NCBI RefSeq assembly: GCF_009834535.1
Contig: NC_045696.1
Coordinates: forward strand, 49,912,001 to 49,976,000
Direction: 5' to 3'
Length of the DNA: 64,000 nucleotides
From: Camelus ferus
Taxonomy: Eukaryota
Every line of letters begins with the position of its first letter. Position 1 is the stretch's first letter. Both the position numbers and the translations under genes were made by a program. The notes below the pieces were generated by a model that saw only the letters and a program-made list of their open reading frames with translations, was not told where the DNA came from and searched no databases. Positions 25,795-37,019 of this stretch are shown piece after piece.

Positions 25795-26270
25795 GTAAGT
25801 CGAGCAAGTTCAGCAGGCAGAGCTGTGACGGTAAACGAACCAGACAGGACGGGTGGCTCACTTCAACTTCTGTGCGGGTGATGTTCCGTTCTCTGGGGAG
25901 GTTCCCCAGTCCCTGCCCTTCATGAGCGGACAGAAAACAGTTGGAAAAAAAAAGTCACAGAAAAAAAATAAACTACAGATGAGGGTTGCTATGTGTTTCC
26001 TTGTTGTGGTTCACCCACGTTCTAAGCACGTATCCCACGTCACAATATCATTAGAAACCTTCGTGGAAACACTGTGGTTTCACAAGAGAAGAAGTGCTGA
26101 AGAATTCAAAACAAATAATACAGCCAAATTGTTGAAAGATTACTTCAGTATGCGGAAACTATCTCTTTTTCTGTTGAAAGCCACAGAGTCCATTAAGAAA
26201 TTAATAGAAGGGCATAAAAATACAAGTTGATCTCTTTCCCTAGATGATGATAATAAATTTACTCATCTAC

Positions 26271-27345
26271 TATTTTTTTAAAATATAGTCAGTTTACAAT
26301 GTTGTGTCAGTTTCTGGTGTACAGCATAATGTTTCAGGCATACATCTGCATACAAATATTCCCTTTCATATTCTTTTTAGAGGTTACTACAAGATATTGA
26401 ATATAGTTCCCTGTGCTATACAGTACAAGCTTGTTCTTTATCTGTTTTATTTATAGTACTTAATATCTACAAATCTCAAACTCCCAATTTATCCCTTCCT
26501 ATCTCTTTTCCCCCTGATAGCCATAAATTTGTTTTTTATGCCTGTGAGTCTGTTTCTGTTTTGTATATAAATTCATTTGTGTCTTAAATTTTTTTTTTAG
26601 ATCCCACATATGAGTGATGTCATATGGTATGTTATTTTTCTTTCTCTTTCTGGCTTACTTCTCTTGGAACAGCAATCTCCAGGTCTATCCATGTTGCTGA
26701 AAATGGCATTGTTTTATTCTTTTTTATGGCTGAGTAGTAGTCCATTGTATAAATATACCACAACTTCTTTATCCAGTCATCTGTCGGTGGACATTTAGGT
26801 TGTTTCCATGTCTTGGCTATTGTAAATAGTGCTGCTGTGAACATTGGGGTGCATACATCTTTTCAAATTAGAATTCCCTCTGGATATATGCCCAGGAATG
26901 GGATTGCTGGATCATACGGTAAGTCTTTAATTTTTTGAGGAATATCCATGCTGTTTTCCATAATGACTGCACCAAACTATATTTCAACCAACAGTGTAGG
27001 AGGGTTCCCTTCTCTTCACACCCTCTCAAGCATTTATTATTTGTGGACTTTTGAATGATGGCCATTCTGACTGGTGTGAGGTGATACCTCATTGTAATTT
27101 TGATTTGCATTTCTCTGGTAATTAGTGATATTGAGCATTTTTCATGTGCCTATCGGCCATTTGTATGTCTTCATTGGAGAATTGCTTGTTTAGGTCCTCT
27201 GCCCATTTTTGGATTTGGTTGTTTGGTGTTTTGTTATTAAGTTGTATGAGCTGTTGATATATTCTGGAAATTAATTAGTTGCATCATTTGCAAAGATTTT
27301 CTCCCATTCCATAGGCTGTCATTTTGTTTTGCATATGGTTTCCTT
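26271..27345 (-). mobile_element. 5'-truncated L1 with ORF2 C-terminus
   Basis: Minus ORFs [27 protein letters not shown] and MFTAALFTIAKTWKQPKCP are the L1 ORF2 C-terminus. Same 3' UTR family as 19823-20300. Confidence 0.92.
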
Positions 27346-27349
27346 TAAG

Positions 27350-27725
27350 GGGTACATAATGACTTGAGACATATATCTCGAAATGATCAGCCTAATAAGT
27401 CTAGTTAACATCCATCACCTCATATAGTTATGAAACATTTTTCCCCTTGTAATGAGAACTTTTAGGATCTACTCTCTTAGCAACTTTCACATGTGCACAT
27501 GTGCCATGCAGCAGTGTTAACTACAGTCACCGTGCTGTACATTACATCCCCAGGACTTGTCTTAACTACCTTCATCCAATCGCCCTCCTCCACACCCCAC
27601 CTCTGGCAACCACCAGTCTGATCTCTTTTTCTATGAGCCTTTTTTTTTTTTTTTAGATTCCTCATCTAAGTGAGATCAGGCAGTATTTGGCTTCCTCTGT
27701 TTCACTTAGCATAATGTCCTTGAGA
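27350..27725 (-). mobile_element. Older L1 3' UTR fragment (L1MA9-like)
   Basis: taagtctagttaacatccatcacctcatatagtta...gagaacttttaggatctactctcttagcaactttc motif. Confidence 0.75.
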
Positions 27726-28174
27726 TTAAGGGAATTTTTTAATGGATCACCCCTCTTCCCCATCTTTGAGCTTCTTCACTGTGTGGAGGGTGGGACCCAG
27801 GCATAGGGAGGGGAATTCTCTTTTACAAGGTAAAACAATGTAAAAAATAACTTCGTGAGTTGTTTTGGACCTCATGAGTTATTTTGGACACGGGCTAGTT
27901 ATTTTGTACTGTTTTCTCACACGTGAAGAAGTCGCCAGTAGACTGGGTAAGGAACAAAAGCAGAGACCAATTAATGTGAGAAGAGGAAAAAGCTCCAGGT
28001 AGTAAGAACAGTGAACTCTGTGCAAGTTGGGGAGAAACTGATGGGCCGGCTGCTGGTGGACAGGCCAGTGCATGCGTCCTGCCCTTGAAAGGACTCCCTG
28101 GGGTGTCAAGGGAGCTCACTTAAGGTTGTGTATAGACTCCCCAGGAAACGCAGAGAGATTAGCCAAAGAGCCCT

Positions 28175-28365
28175 ACTTCTCACCCAGGGCAGTTTTGCCT
28201 GCCTAGGGGTATTAGGCAAAGTCTGGAGACATTTTTAAGTGTCACACTGGGAGTGTATATGAGGTACCAGCATCTAGTGGGGAGCCCGAGGGTCCTTCCA
28301 GTCACCTCGCAACGCACAGGGCAGCTCCTGGCAGCAAAGAACTGTCCAGCCCCAGACCTCACCTG
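28175..28365. mobile_element. MER20 (hAT-Charlie) fossil
   Basis: ggggcagttttgcc...ggcaaagtctggagacattttt...gcatctagtgg...caaagaactgtccagcccca. Confidence 0.7.
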
Positions 28366-28657
28366 CCAGCGCCCCACAGTGCAGCCCACAGCCTATGTTG
28401 TGTCCCCAGTCCTTCCAGGGCACCTGCCCCTTAGTCGGGCCATCTCTGCACCTTTTCCCAAATCAGATTGTGCCTGTATTAAAAAACTGAAAATTTAGAG
28501 GCATTTGTATGATTAGATTATGAGAAAAGACTGACTGTAAAATGGCCTCAGCATCCAAAATGTCTCATCAGAATGGTACTTATCAGGAATTACACCAAAA
28601 CAAATGAGCAAACAATGTGTTATTTGCCTTTTGGAAAGTATTCAGAATTTTGTGTGA

Positions 28658-28689
<32 letters not shown>

Positions 28690-28846
28690 TGTCCAAAATG
28701 TCCTCTGTTAGAAATTTACAAACATTCCAATTTTACTTAAGAGTTTATAATCAAGCCCAATGAAATAAAATAAAAACAGAAATGTTTAAAATAGTCCATT
28801 ATTATTTTTTTTAAAGTGGTGACTTTCATTTGCATTTTCTTTCCAG

Positions 28847-28851
28847 AATGA
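28847..28851 (+). CDS. C3orf52: C3orf52 exon 6 coding part (completes Glu codon, then TGA); 3' UTR follows
   Basis: Strong acceptor tttgcattttctttccAG|AA TGA. Total CDS 138+130+128+71+182+5 = 654 nt = 217 aa, ending SLLLHE* like the human SLLLYE*. Confidence 0.88.
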
Positions 28852-30320
28852 AGTGGTGGAGGCCGACCTTTGTCTGGAAGCAGTGCTCCATTGAGTTTTG
28901 GGATGAAGAGAATTCATTCCATTTTCCAGAAAGGATCCTGTGAATTAACGTATAAGGACTCACAATGACTGGAGGGGTGGAGACGGTCCTCCTTCTCCTG
29001 ATTCTGCACAGTTACGGAGTCTGGCCCTACGTCCAGCAGAACAGCCCCCAAGCGCTGCCCCGGCTGGGTCCAGTCTCGACAAAGGCACGAAGCCAGATGG
29101 GGCGGGGGTGGGGGAACGAGGTGGCAGGTGAGCCTTGCAGTGGGAGGTTCCTGCTGTTCTTGAAGCCCTAGCTGCCTCTACCCACATGTGGACACTTTCT
29201 CTTTGGTGTGAAGGTGGCCTTTTCCGGCAGGACCCCACCAGCCTAAGCTGGTGGAGAACAGAGGCAGGCAGGTGGCGAGGTGAGGCAGAGCCCAAGCGAT
29301 CACTTGCTGAAATCCGCCTCCCACCTGCGCCCTCCCACCATGACGTTTGATCTACCTCTGAGCAAGGCTGTGAGGGAAAGGCAGGCACCTCCGCAGACGT
29401 AAGCGGCTTCGCTGTGTCTGCTTCCATGACCAGTAGCTGCATCTCTTAGCAGACCAGCCTTAGACACGTCATCCAATGTCACTGTGTGATATGGAGCTAC
29501 AGAAGGAGGTGTGTGTTTCTTCATTTCATCTTCTCTTCATTGTTCCTGTGACCTCTGAACACCTCTTTTGGAAACATGGGCCCCTGTGAGTTTGGAACAC
29601 ACTACTCTCCCCATTTATATTGTCACCAGCTTCCATCGGAGAGTCTTTAAGACTGCTTCCCACCTGCTGTAGATCGCACATGTTGGCTTTTTGTAAATGT
29701 CCGGCGTTCTTAGCCTTCCTGTGGGACTCAGTGTCTTCGGGCCTTGGCTGTGTGTCTTATTGAAGAAGGTCGTGAAACAGGAAGACCCACTCTCGTTTGA
29801 AATAAACTGTGGGAAATGTAGTGCCAGGGCCTCTGGGGGGCCGGGGTGGGGACTGCACAACAGCAACAGTTTCGGTCATCTCCAGAGAGAGCACTGCCTG
29901 CCGTGGGGGAAGAGAGTATTTTGTTGGGAAAACTACTTTGCTGGAAATTTTCCAGGAGAGTTTTGTAGTCATGTGACGAGAGGTTCCTGGCCTCAGTATC
30001 TTGGTTAAATTGGCCCTGGGGGGACGTCGGGGTGGGGGCCGCTGTGTGCGGGGATGTGTCCGCATGCATGTCTCAGGCCAGGTTTGCCTTGAGCTCTTTA
30101 TGACCCAGGACTCTGGATAATGTGGATTTGCTTTCTTATTTAACTAGAAGATACATTTATTGTAACTCGAGTCTCATTTTGAGGATAGTTCCTCAAACTA
30201 GTCAGACAGATGAATTTCTCTTCCTTCTGTTTATTTTTTACATGTCAGACGTAAACTTCCGTGTGTTTGTACTTTTTAGAAAATAATAACTTCAGTGGAT
30301 GAGGATTTTAAAATATTGAC

Positions 30321-30326
30321 AATAAA
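30321..30326 (+). terminator. Likely C3orf52 polyadenylation signal
   Basis: AATAAA followed by ttatttttg and downstream gtttgtttc, giving a UTR of about 1.5 kb. A more proximal AATAAA lies at 29801-29806. Confidence 0.55.
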
Positions 30327-32559
30327 TTATTTTTGCCTCTGCATCGCAGACTTGACGTTTGTTTCGTAGGGGCCGGCTCTCCAGGGCCAGGATCTGGGCT
30401 GGCATTTTCTCACAGTAAATAGTATTGCAAGTGATCTTTTTGTTTCCCTGAGGGCGGCTTCCCCTTCTGAATGAATACCACTGAACCCGGCTGGGCTGGG
30501 TCCTCCTTTCTCTGTTCCTGTTCCTTGGGGAGCAGGGGGCGACTCTCCTCTCCACTTCCCCCCGGACCCTGCGGGCAGGACCAGGTGTCTGAAGTGCCCA
30601 GGGCTGGAAGGAAGGGTGGGTTCCTGTCTGCAGGCAGGACTGGGCTTCCTTCTGATCCTCCCTTTTCTCTGGAAACCACCAAGACGCAAGCACCTGGGCT
30701 TGGGTTCTGACCACTTGAAAGCATGGAGAGGATTTTCTGTGGGTTTGTCTCTTCTGCCCAAATGGTATGGAAAGAACTGAACTTTGTGACTAAGAGCATT
30801 TTGAGGTCTTTGGGGGAAAATGGCACTTACATATACACCACTCTGCTATAGGAGATGAATTGACTGGCCACCACACATCTTCATGATGAGCAGAGCGCCT
30901 GGGGCAGAATAAAGTATCAACAAATGCCTGTGAAATCACCCAAAAGATTTGAGAGGAAAAACTGGTCTTTTAGGTCACTTAGGTATAGGCAGAAAGGATA
31001 CAGCCAGATCAGTGGAACCCATGCCTCTTCCCGTCCCCAACAAGAATTCTAGACACATGTCCAGTTCTTTCTGCCTCTCAATTTAACTTCTGTAGATTTT
31101 TTAATGATGTGTTTTGCAGAAGGCTACAGGAGATACCAGAGAAGAAGAGGACGATGATAAGGGAAAAGGTGCTAGTCTTATTAGGAAGTCAGACTTTGCA
31201 CAGATGAAACAGGAAACAGCAGGATAAAATAGGCAAGTGTTAACAATAAATACAAACTGTTGCATTGTGGGCGGTCAGAGAAAAGGGTGATCAGTATGGT
31301 TTAATTGGAGAAGGCTTTGCCTAGGAAGTAGGACTCAAGCTGAACCCTCAAGCACTGGTGGGACTTGAATAAACAGATTTGTCTTCCTTTGCGTGTGTCT
31401 AGGGTTTATTTGGATGACGTGCACATTTTCTCCTTTCCCTTTTAGATGTGGACTCTGGGTGTGGACTCCTGCCTTACTCTGAGTCTGAGTAGTGCTTAGA
31501 GGAATGGGAGAAATCTCTGTAAGTCTTCCCTTCTCTGCTCCCATTACTGTTTCATTGTTTGGAAATAAGCTAGCCCACACTTTGCATTGCTGGCAGTAGT
31601 ACTCCTTAATCTATCCTTTATAATTTGAGCTCATTATACTCTTAGCATCAGAAGGCGACCCCCTCATCTTATAGTTAGGAAATCAAGGTCTGGAGAGGTG
31701 AAAGGACCAGCCCAGGGTCCCAGTTTGGCACCCCAAAGTCCAGCCTTCTAGACAACCACACATGATCATTGGCCTCCAACCCTGGTGGCCTCCCAGGGTC
31801 ACGCTCAGTTCGGGCACAGCGGCTATCTGGGAGCCCCTGAGAAGCACAGGTGGTGAGGGGGAAGGGCTGGGTTGAGACACGTGGTCATCAGACTGTAGAA
31901 GACTCTGGGGTGACAGTGACCACTCAACACTTCTCCAAGTGCCTTACAAAGGAACCCCCTACTGGGAACATGGGAGAGACTTAACGCTGATCCGTTTAAC
32001 AGGTGGCAGAACTGAGGCACACTCGGGTCAAGTGCCTTTCAAGCAGCTTTCAACAGGTCGGCTTGGAAGAGCAGAGAGTCAGATAAACGTAAACAGAATC
32101 TCCTTTTCTCTAAAGGCTCCTGTGCAATCCTGGGGACTCAGCTTTCCTGTTCTCCCTGGGCCCTTCCATCCCTTGGGATATCTGAAGCATCCATCACCCA
32201 AGGTTGTCTTAAAACTGTTAGCATTTGAATTTATTTGTTGTCAAGGTAGACTTTCCTGACCTATCTTTGTCCTTTTCTTGTACCTCTCTTTTGCTCTACC
32301 TAAGAATTTATACAGATTATTTATAGATACTAGTATGAACGTAAAACAGAAACCACAGAGCCTGCAGTTACTGCGTAAAATGTGCCTCTGTGAACTTTGA
32401 CTATGCTGAGTTTCAAGACCAGCCCTGGGGAGGGGAGTTTTCTGATTATCCCTGTGACTTAAGGGGGCAATTTAAATCCTCAGCCTCACTTCTTTATCAA
32501 GAACAGGGATTTTTTAACTTAGGGGTTGCATGCCCTACCCTTTGAAATTCTATACAAAT

Positions 32560-32561
<2 letters not shown>

Positions 32562-32615
<54 letters not shown>
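32562..32615. repeat. (TG)27 microsatellite, probably within the GCSAM long 3' UTR
   Basis: Perfect TG run. Confidence 0.97.
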
Positions 32616-32619
<4 letters not shown>

Positions 32620-33714
32620 TGCATTTTCTGTAACGGGGTTGCCCTTTTCCCTCCTCTTGGTAACATTTATACTTAATATGTTCCCTGCAAAAGGCTATTT
32701 GGGACAGGTAATGCTTTCACAAGATAAGACTCAAACAAATATAACTTGTATAACTTATCAGGTATAACTTATCATGTTGTAGTAAGAATCTTTAAACCAA
32801 TCAACTTCCACAGTGGTGCAATGTCCAAGTGAAACATCCCAGCTTAAGGCCCAGCAGTTTTGTGTGTCTGCCTTGCTGGGAGACTGTGGTAACCCTGCAG
32901 CACCGGCATGTCAGCACGTTTTTCTCTTTGTGTCATAAAGATTTCTGTTTCCTTTTGCTCTTTGATATCATTTGTTCAGGGTCTGTGACAGATGACTTTT
33001 ATCCATTAGATGGAATCCTCCTGTTTGAGGGTGATGAAGCCGAGCCTCTGAGTTCCATGCTCAAGGTCACAGCGGGAGGGAGAGCTAGAACCAGGATTTG
33101 AATCACTGATTATCTGACTCTAGTGTCCACCCCCCACCCCTGAAGCCATGCGCCTCTTGTACTGTACTCCCTGCTACCACGCATGCCTCCTTTTGAACTG
33201 GAGTGACTCCTGGCCAAGGGTCAAAGGTAAGATTCCATGTGCAAGAATGTTGCTGAAAATAGGAAGTTAGTGGAGGACAAGATTCTAAGATGTGATTGGT
33301 TCTTTGGCTGGCTGAAGTCTCAGCAAACCTGTGTTGATACATCCAACCTCAAGCCACTGGATTCATCCTCATTGGGCACTTAGCACATTTTAAATAGCAA
33401 AGTTATTTAACCTTGGTTCGTTTGGGAAACAAAACAGTAATTAAACTCATAATGCATCTACTGCTTGTCTCAACGAACTTCTTCCTATTTTAACATCCCT
33501 AAAATTAGGACAATGGCCAGGCGTTAAATAAAACAGGAAGTTGAGAACACAGGTGTGCATATAGAAATAGTCTAATTTGCTAATTGTTCTTGGTCTCACT
33601 CATCTAATTTGTGGTTTAGTAATTTCCATACCATTTTATTCGTACCAGCTCTTAAGGGTTATACCAATACTCAAACACATTTTTGTTCAGTTTATCTCTA
33701 ATTATGATTGTTTA

Positions 33715-33900
33715 GGAAGAGGTCTGCAAAATTTTCAGCTTTGTAGTACCTGCAGTGTGTATCATAACCTTTCAACTCTTCTGAGGTTAAGAAGCCATAG
33801 ATGGTACATAGACACATGAGCAGGCTGTGTCCAATGACACTTTACCAAAACAGGCAGTTGGCCAGATTTTGCCTATGGGCCATAGTGTGCTGACCCCTGT
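33715..33900. mobile_element. MER58A-like DNA transposon fossil
   Basis: gccatagatggtac...ggctgtgtccaatgacactttaccaaaacaggcagttggccagattttgcctatgggccatagtgtgctgacccctg. Confidence 0.7.
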
Positions 33901-34970
33901 TTTGGGGATAGACACAATTCTTGGAACATTAAAAAAAAAATGAGGGAAAATGAATAATCAGGGCAAATGGAGAAGTGCTCATTAGAGAAGGAATATATGT
34001 CTGTGTGTGAGCACGCATGTGTGTGTCAATCTTTCTCATGTGGACACTTAATTCACAGCTTATACATGACATATTATTTAACATGCACATATGCCTTATC
34101 ATAGAGGCTGTTCTATGTGGTATATTGGAAGAGCACTGAATTGGAAGCCAGGAAACCAGGCTCTAGATGAAGTTCTGCAATTCACTGGCAGTGTTACATT
34201 CAGCTAGTTATCCTCTCTGAGCCAAAAAAAAGATAGTGGGATTTAAGGATCTCCAAAGATCTTTCTACTCTACTCTATCCTCCTCTGATGCTATGATTTT
34301 CTTAAGACTTCTAGGGAGAAATACAAAGTTAAAAAATATGGTTTAAAATTATATGAAAAATTATATAAAAACCTGGCCTGGAACTTACTAATTCAACCAA
34401 CGTAACTAACCAAGCCACCACGGCCAATGAGTCAAAGGACTCAATGCAAAAGACGCTGCTTAGAGGCATGGAGACACAAGAATGCCACAGGTGCCCACCT
34501 GGAAGGCTATGGGTGAGGAGTCTGGTCCAGAAACATTGGTGGAATGAGGACTCTCTTTTGGGTACACAATATGATGGATGAAGCTTCCTTGTGACTTCAG
34601 AGGACAATCATGTGGACCTTTTATAAGAAGAACTTGAACTGAGGAGCAGGGGACTAGGGAGTCCCTCCCACCACTGAATAGTGTGGCCCATTTTCAAAGC
34701 CACTTGGAACCAAAGATGGTCACTCCCTTCTCGAAGAGTGGGTGTTCAAGATAGTTGTTGATCTTTGGATGTTGGACACTGAGGAGGATCTAAGAGGCCC
34801 TGTGGCTTTGAAACCATGTTCCACGGAGACCCCTGTAGAAAGAACTGGTGTATGTGTGTGTGCGCGCGTGCGCGCGTGTTGGGGTAATTTGTGCTCCACA
34901 CCTGCTTCAACCAGAACTCCCTACCACTGGCTTTTATTTGCTGGTGTTAAAAGTTGGTCCAACCACTTCA

Positions 34971-35285
34971 TTATAAATGGGAAAATGGAGCCTGAGAAGG
35001 GGACGTAAGTGAGTGCGGCTGTCGCACAGAGTGAGGGAAGATTCTACTGGGCATAAGAAGTTCATACTGATCTTCTGGGGAGGATGGGTGCCTGGGGGTG
35101 GCAGGCACACAAAGAAGCGAGTACTCGGTCTCAGTTCCTCCCAGCGACTCTCTCGGCCTCTCAGCCGTGAGGGAAACGTTCTCATAGCACTCCTCAGCCA
35201 AGTTCCCTGTTGGCCTTCTCCCAGCGACACTGTGGTTGATGGAGGCATAGCACAAGTCCTCCGAGGAGCTCCGGTAAGCATTCTC
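34971..35285 (-). CDS. GCSAM: GCSAM/HGAL exon 6 (tyrosine motifs, C-terminal PDZ ligand)
   Basis: ccgcAG acceptor. ENAYRSSSEDLCYASINHSVAGRRPTGNLAEECYENVSLTAERPRESLGGTETEYSLL...DQYELL...PFSHL*. 315 nt; total CDS 534 nt = 177 aa. Confidence 0.95.
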   Translation of the reverse strand, partial: ENAYRSSSEDLCYASINHSVAGRRPTGNLAEECYENVSLTAERPRESLGGTETEYSLLCVPATPRHPSSPEDQYELLMPSRIFPHSVRQPHSLTSPSQAPFSHL

Positions 35286-35739
35286 CTGCGGGTCAAAGGA
35301 GAGCCATCACCAAGACTTGGCCTCTTCTCATTCCCTTCATACTCCAGTCTCAGCACAGCTCAGCCTGGGGCAAAGTCTCCCTTCCACGGCCACTTCCCCT
35401 CCATCTTTTGGCTATTTTTTCTAAATGACTGCCCCCACCCCAACCACTAGCCCAAGCAGCCAGAGTCCTCATGCTGCTCAGAGAATTCAGCCCACTCAGG
35501 CATGTCCTCTCTGCCCCGGGCTCCAGAGTGACCCCTGACCGCCCCATATAATTCCCAAAGTCCCCAAAGACCCTGAGGCAGCTCATTCTTTCATAAGAGA
35601 ACAATCTGAGGACACCTTAGAGTGCTTGGGTTATGATATTTAACTACCTATTCCAGAGATGTTTGCATGAGTGAAAAGGGAAACCAGTCAGGAGAAGGTG
35701 TCATTCGGTGAAATCTCAGGAGATAAACAGCCAAACAGC

Positions 35740-35990
35740 AAAGCGCAGGGGAAAGAGTGCAGATTTAGGAGTGAGGCTCGTTTCTGAACTGTGCCCTTGC
35801 CATCTTGTCAGCTGTCTGGCTTTGAGAGACTATCACTTAATCTCTTAGTATTTTCATCTGTAAAATGGGTAGGAAAATAACAGTCCCCATCTCATAGGGT
35901 TGTTGTGACAGTTACATGAGATGATTCAGGCCAAGCACTCAGCACACCGCCTGGCATAAACTAAATGCTCGATAAGTATTCATTCCTTTC
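35740..35990 (+). mobile_element. MIR SINE (others at about 5930-6135, 13000-13330, 46650-46780, 53240-53430, 56400-56640, 60540-60740)
   Basis: MIR core ttttcatctgtaaaatggg...catagggttgttgtga...gcctggcata. Reverse copies show gaggaaactgag. Confidence 0.75.
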
Positions 35991-36187
35991 AATAAACTGA
36001 GCAACAGAGGTGGCTACTGCTTCCACCTCCAGGCCCTGCAAGTGCCCCTGGGCTCACAAGCACTGGCATCTAAAGTGGTTCACATTAACATCACAGACGT
36101 CCTGGAAGCCTTCTCCTGCCGTCTGAGGTGCCTGCGTTTCTACTGTCATCTCAGAAAAAGGAAAAGGCTCAGAGGTGTCTGCATTAC

Positions 36188-36216
36188 CTGAGTGGGAACA
36201 GATGATGTCTCTTCAT
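36188..36216 (-). CDS. GCSAM: GCSAM exon 5
   Basis: ttttctttctccAG acceptor. (N)EETSSVPTQ. Donor CAG|gtaatg, 29 nt, phase 1-0. Confidence 0.88.
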
Positions 36217-37019
36217 CTGGAGAAAGAAAATACACTTAATGAATTTCAGGTCCTAGGGAGATTTCAGGGAGGGGGGAGGTGGGGCAAGGAAATATAAGCA
36301 GAGAGCCAAGGAACAGCGGGGGTAGCTCTTATCAGGCTATCTTGATCTACAACACATCGCTGGGGAGTGACAAGCTATCTGCACAAGAAACATCCAGCGC
36401 TGAGCTGAGAGGCTGGGTGGAGGGAAACACATTCACAGATCTTTGGACAGGAAATCACACTTCCCTCCCTTCCTCACTCCTTCCCCTCCTTGTCCTTCGT
36501 TACCCCAAACGTATTGCATACCTCCTCTGTACCAAGCCCTGGGGAGACAAAGAAGAATCAGAAATAGTCCCTGTCCTCAAGGGCTCACAGGTTAGCAGAG
36601 GAGGCAGACAAGGACCTAAGAGAGATCCACAATGCAGAGGACGGCTGCTATTTCTAGTAGGTGACAAGGGATGATGGCAGTGTGGAACCTGGTGTGCAAC
36701 GAAAGCTTTACAGAGGAGGAAACTCTTTAATTGAACGTTCCCATTTTTGAAACTGCTGGCAGGCACAAGCATAAGCAGGCCAATTTACTTAAAACCAGCT
36801 GGCTCTGGCCACTCAGCAAAGAGGCAAGGGCACAAGCTCAAAAAGCAAGCCTGAACTTCCATGTGGAAGCTTCAGGGCACTACCCGACGCGGGAGGCAGA
36901 TGTGCCACCTTACCACATGTTGATTCCCTCAACACTGGCATTCCAGATTCTCCTATCTGCATAAATTCCTGTGGCTATCTAGGACCTCCACGATTATCAC
37001 TACAGGAGAAGGGCCTGTG

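Noticed and set aside
25795..25925. Read-through of C3orf52 exon 5 into the intron (alternative C-terminus)
   Set aside because: A strong G|gtaagt donor and a matching exon 6 give the expected end.
30292..30826. Three stacked minus-strand ORFs of 138-144 aa
   Set aside because: GC-rich intergenic DNA with no convincing splice structure or recognisable protein.
32740..32775. Three copies of tataactt(g/a)t
   Set aside because: Short slippage duplication, with no spacers or array structure.
35013..35450. 145-aa plus-strand ORF and 140-aa alternative-frame minus ORF
   Set aside because: Shadows of GCSAM exon 6.
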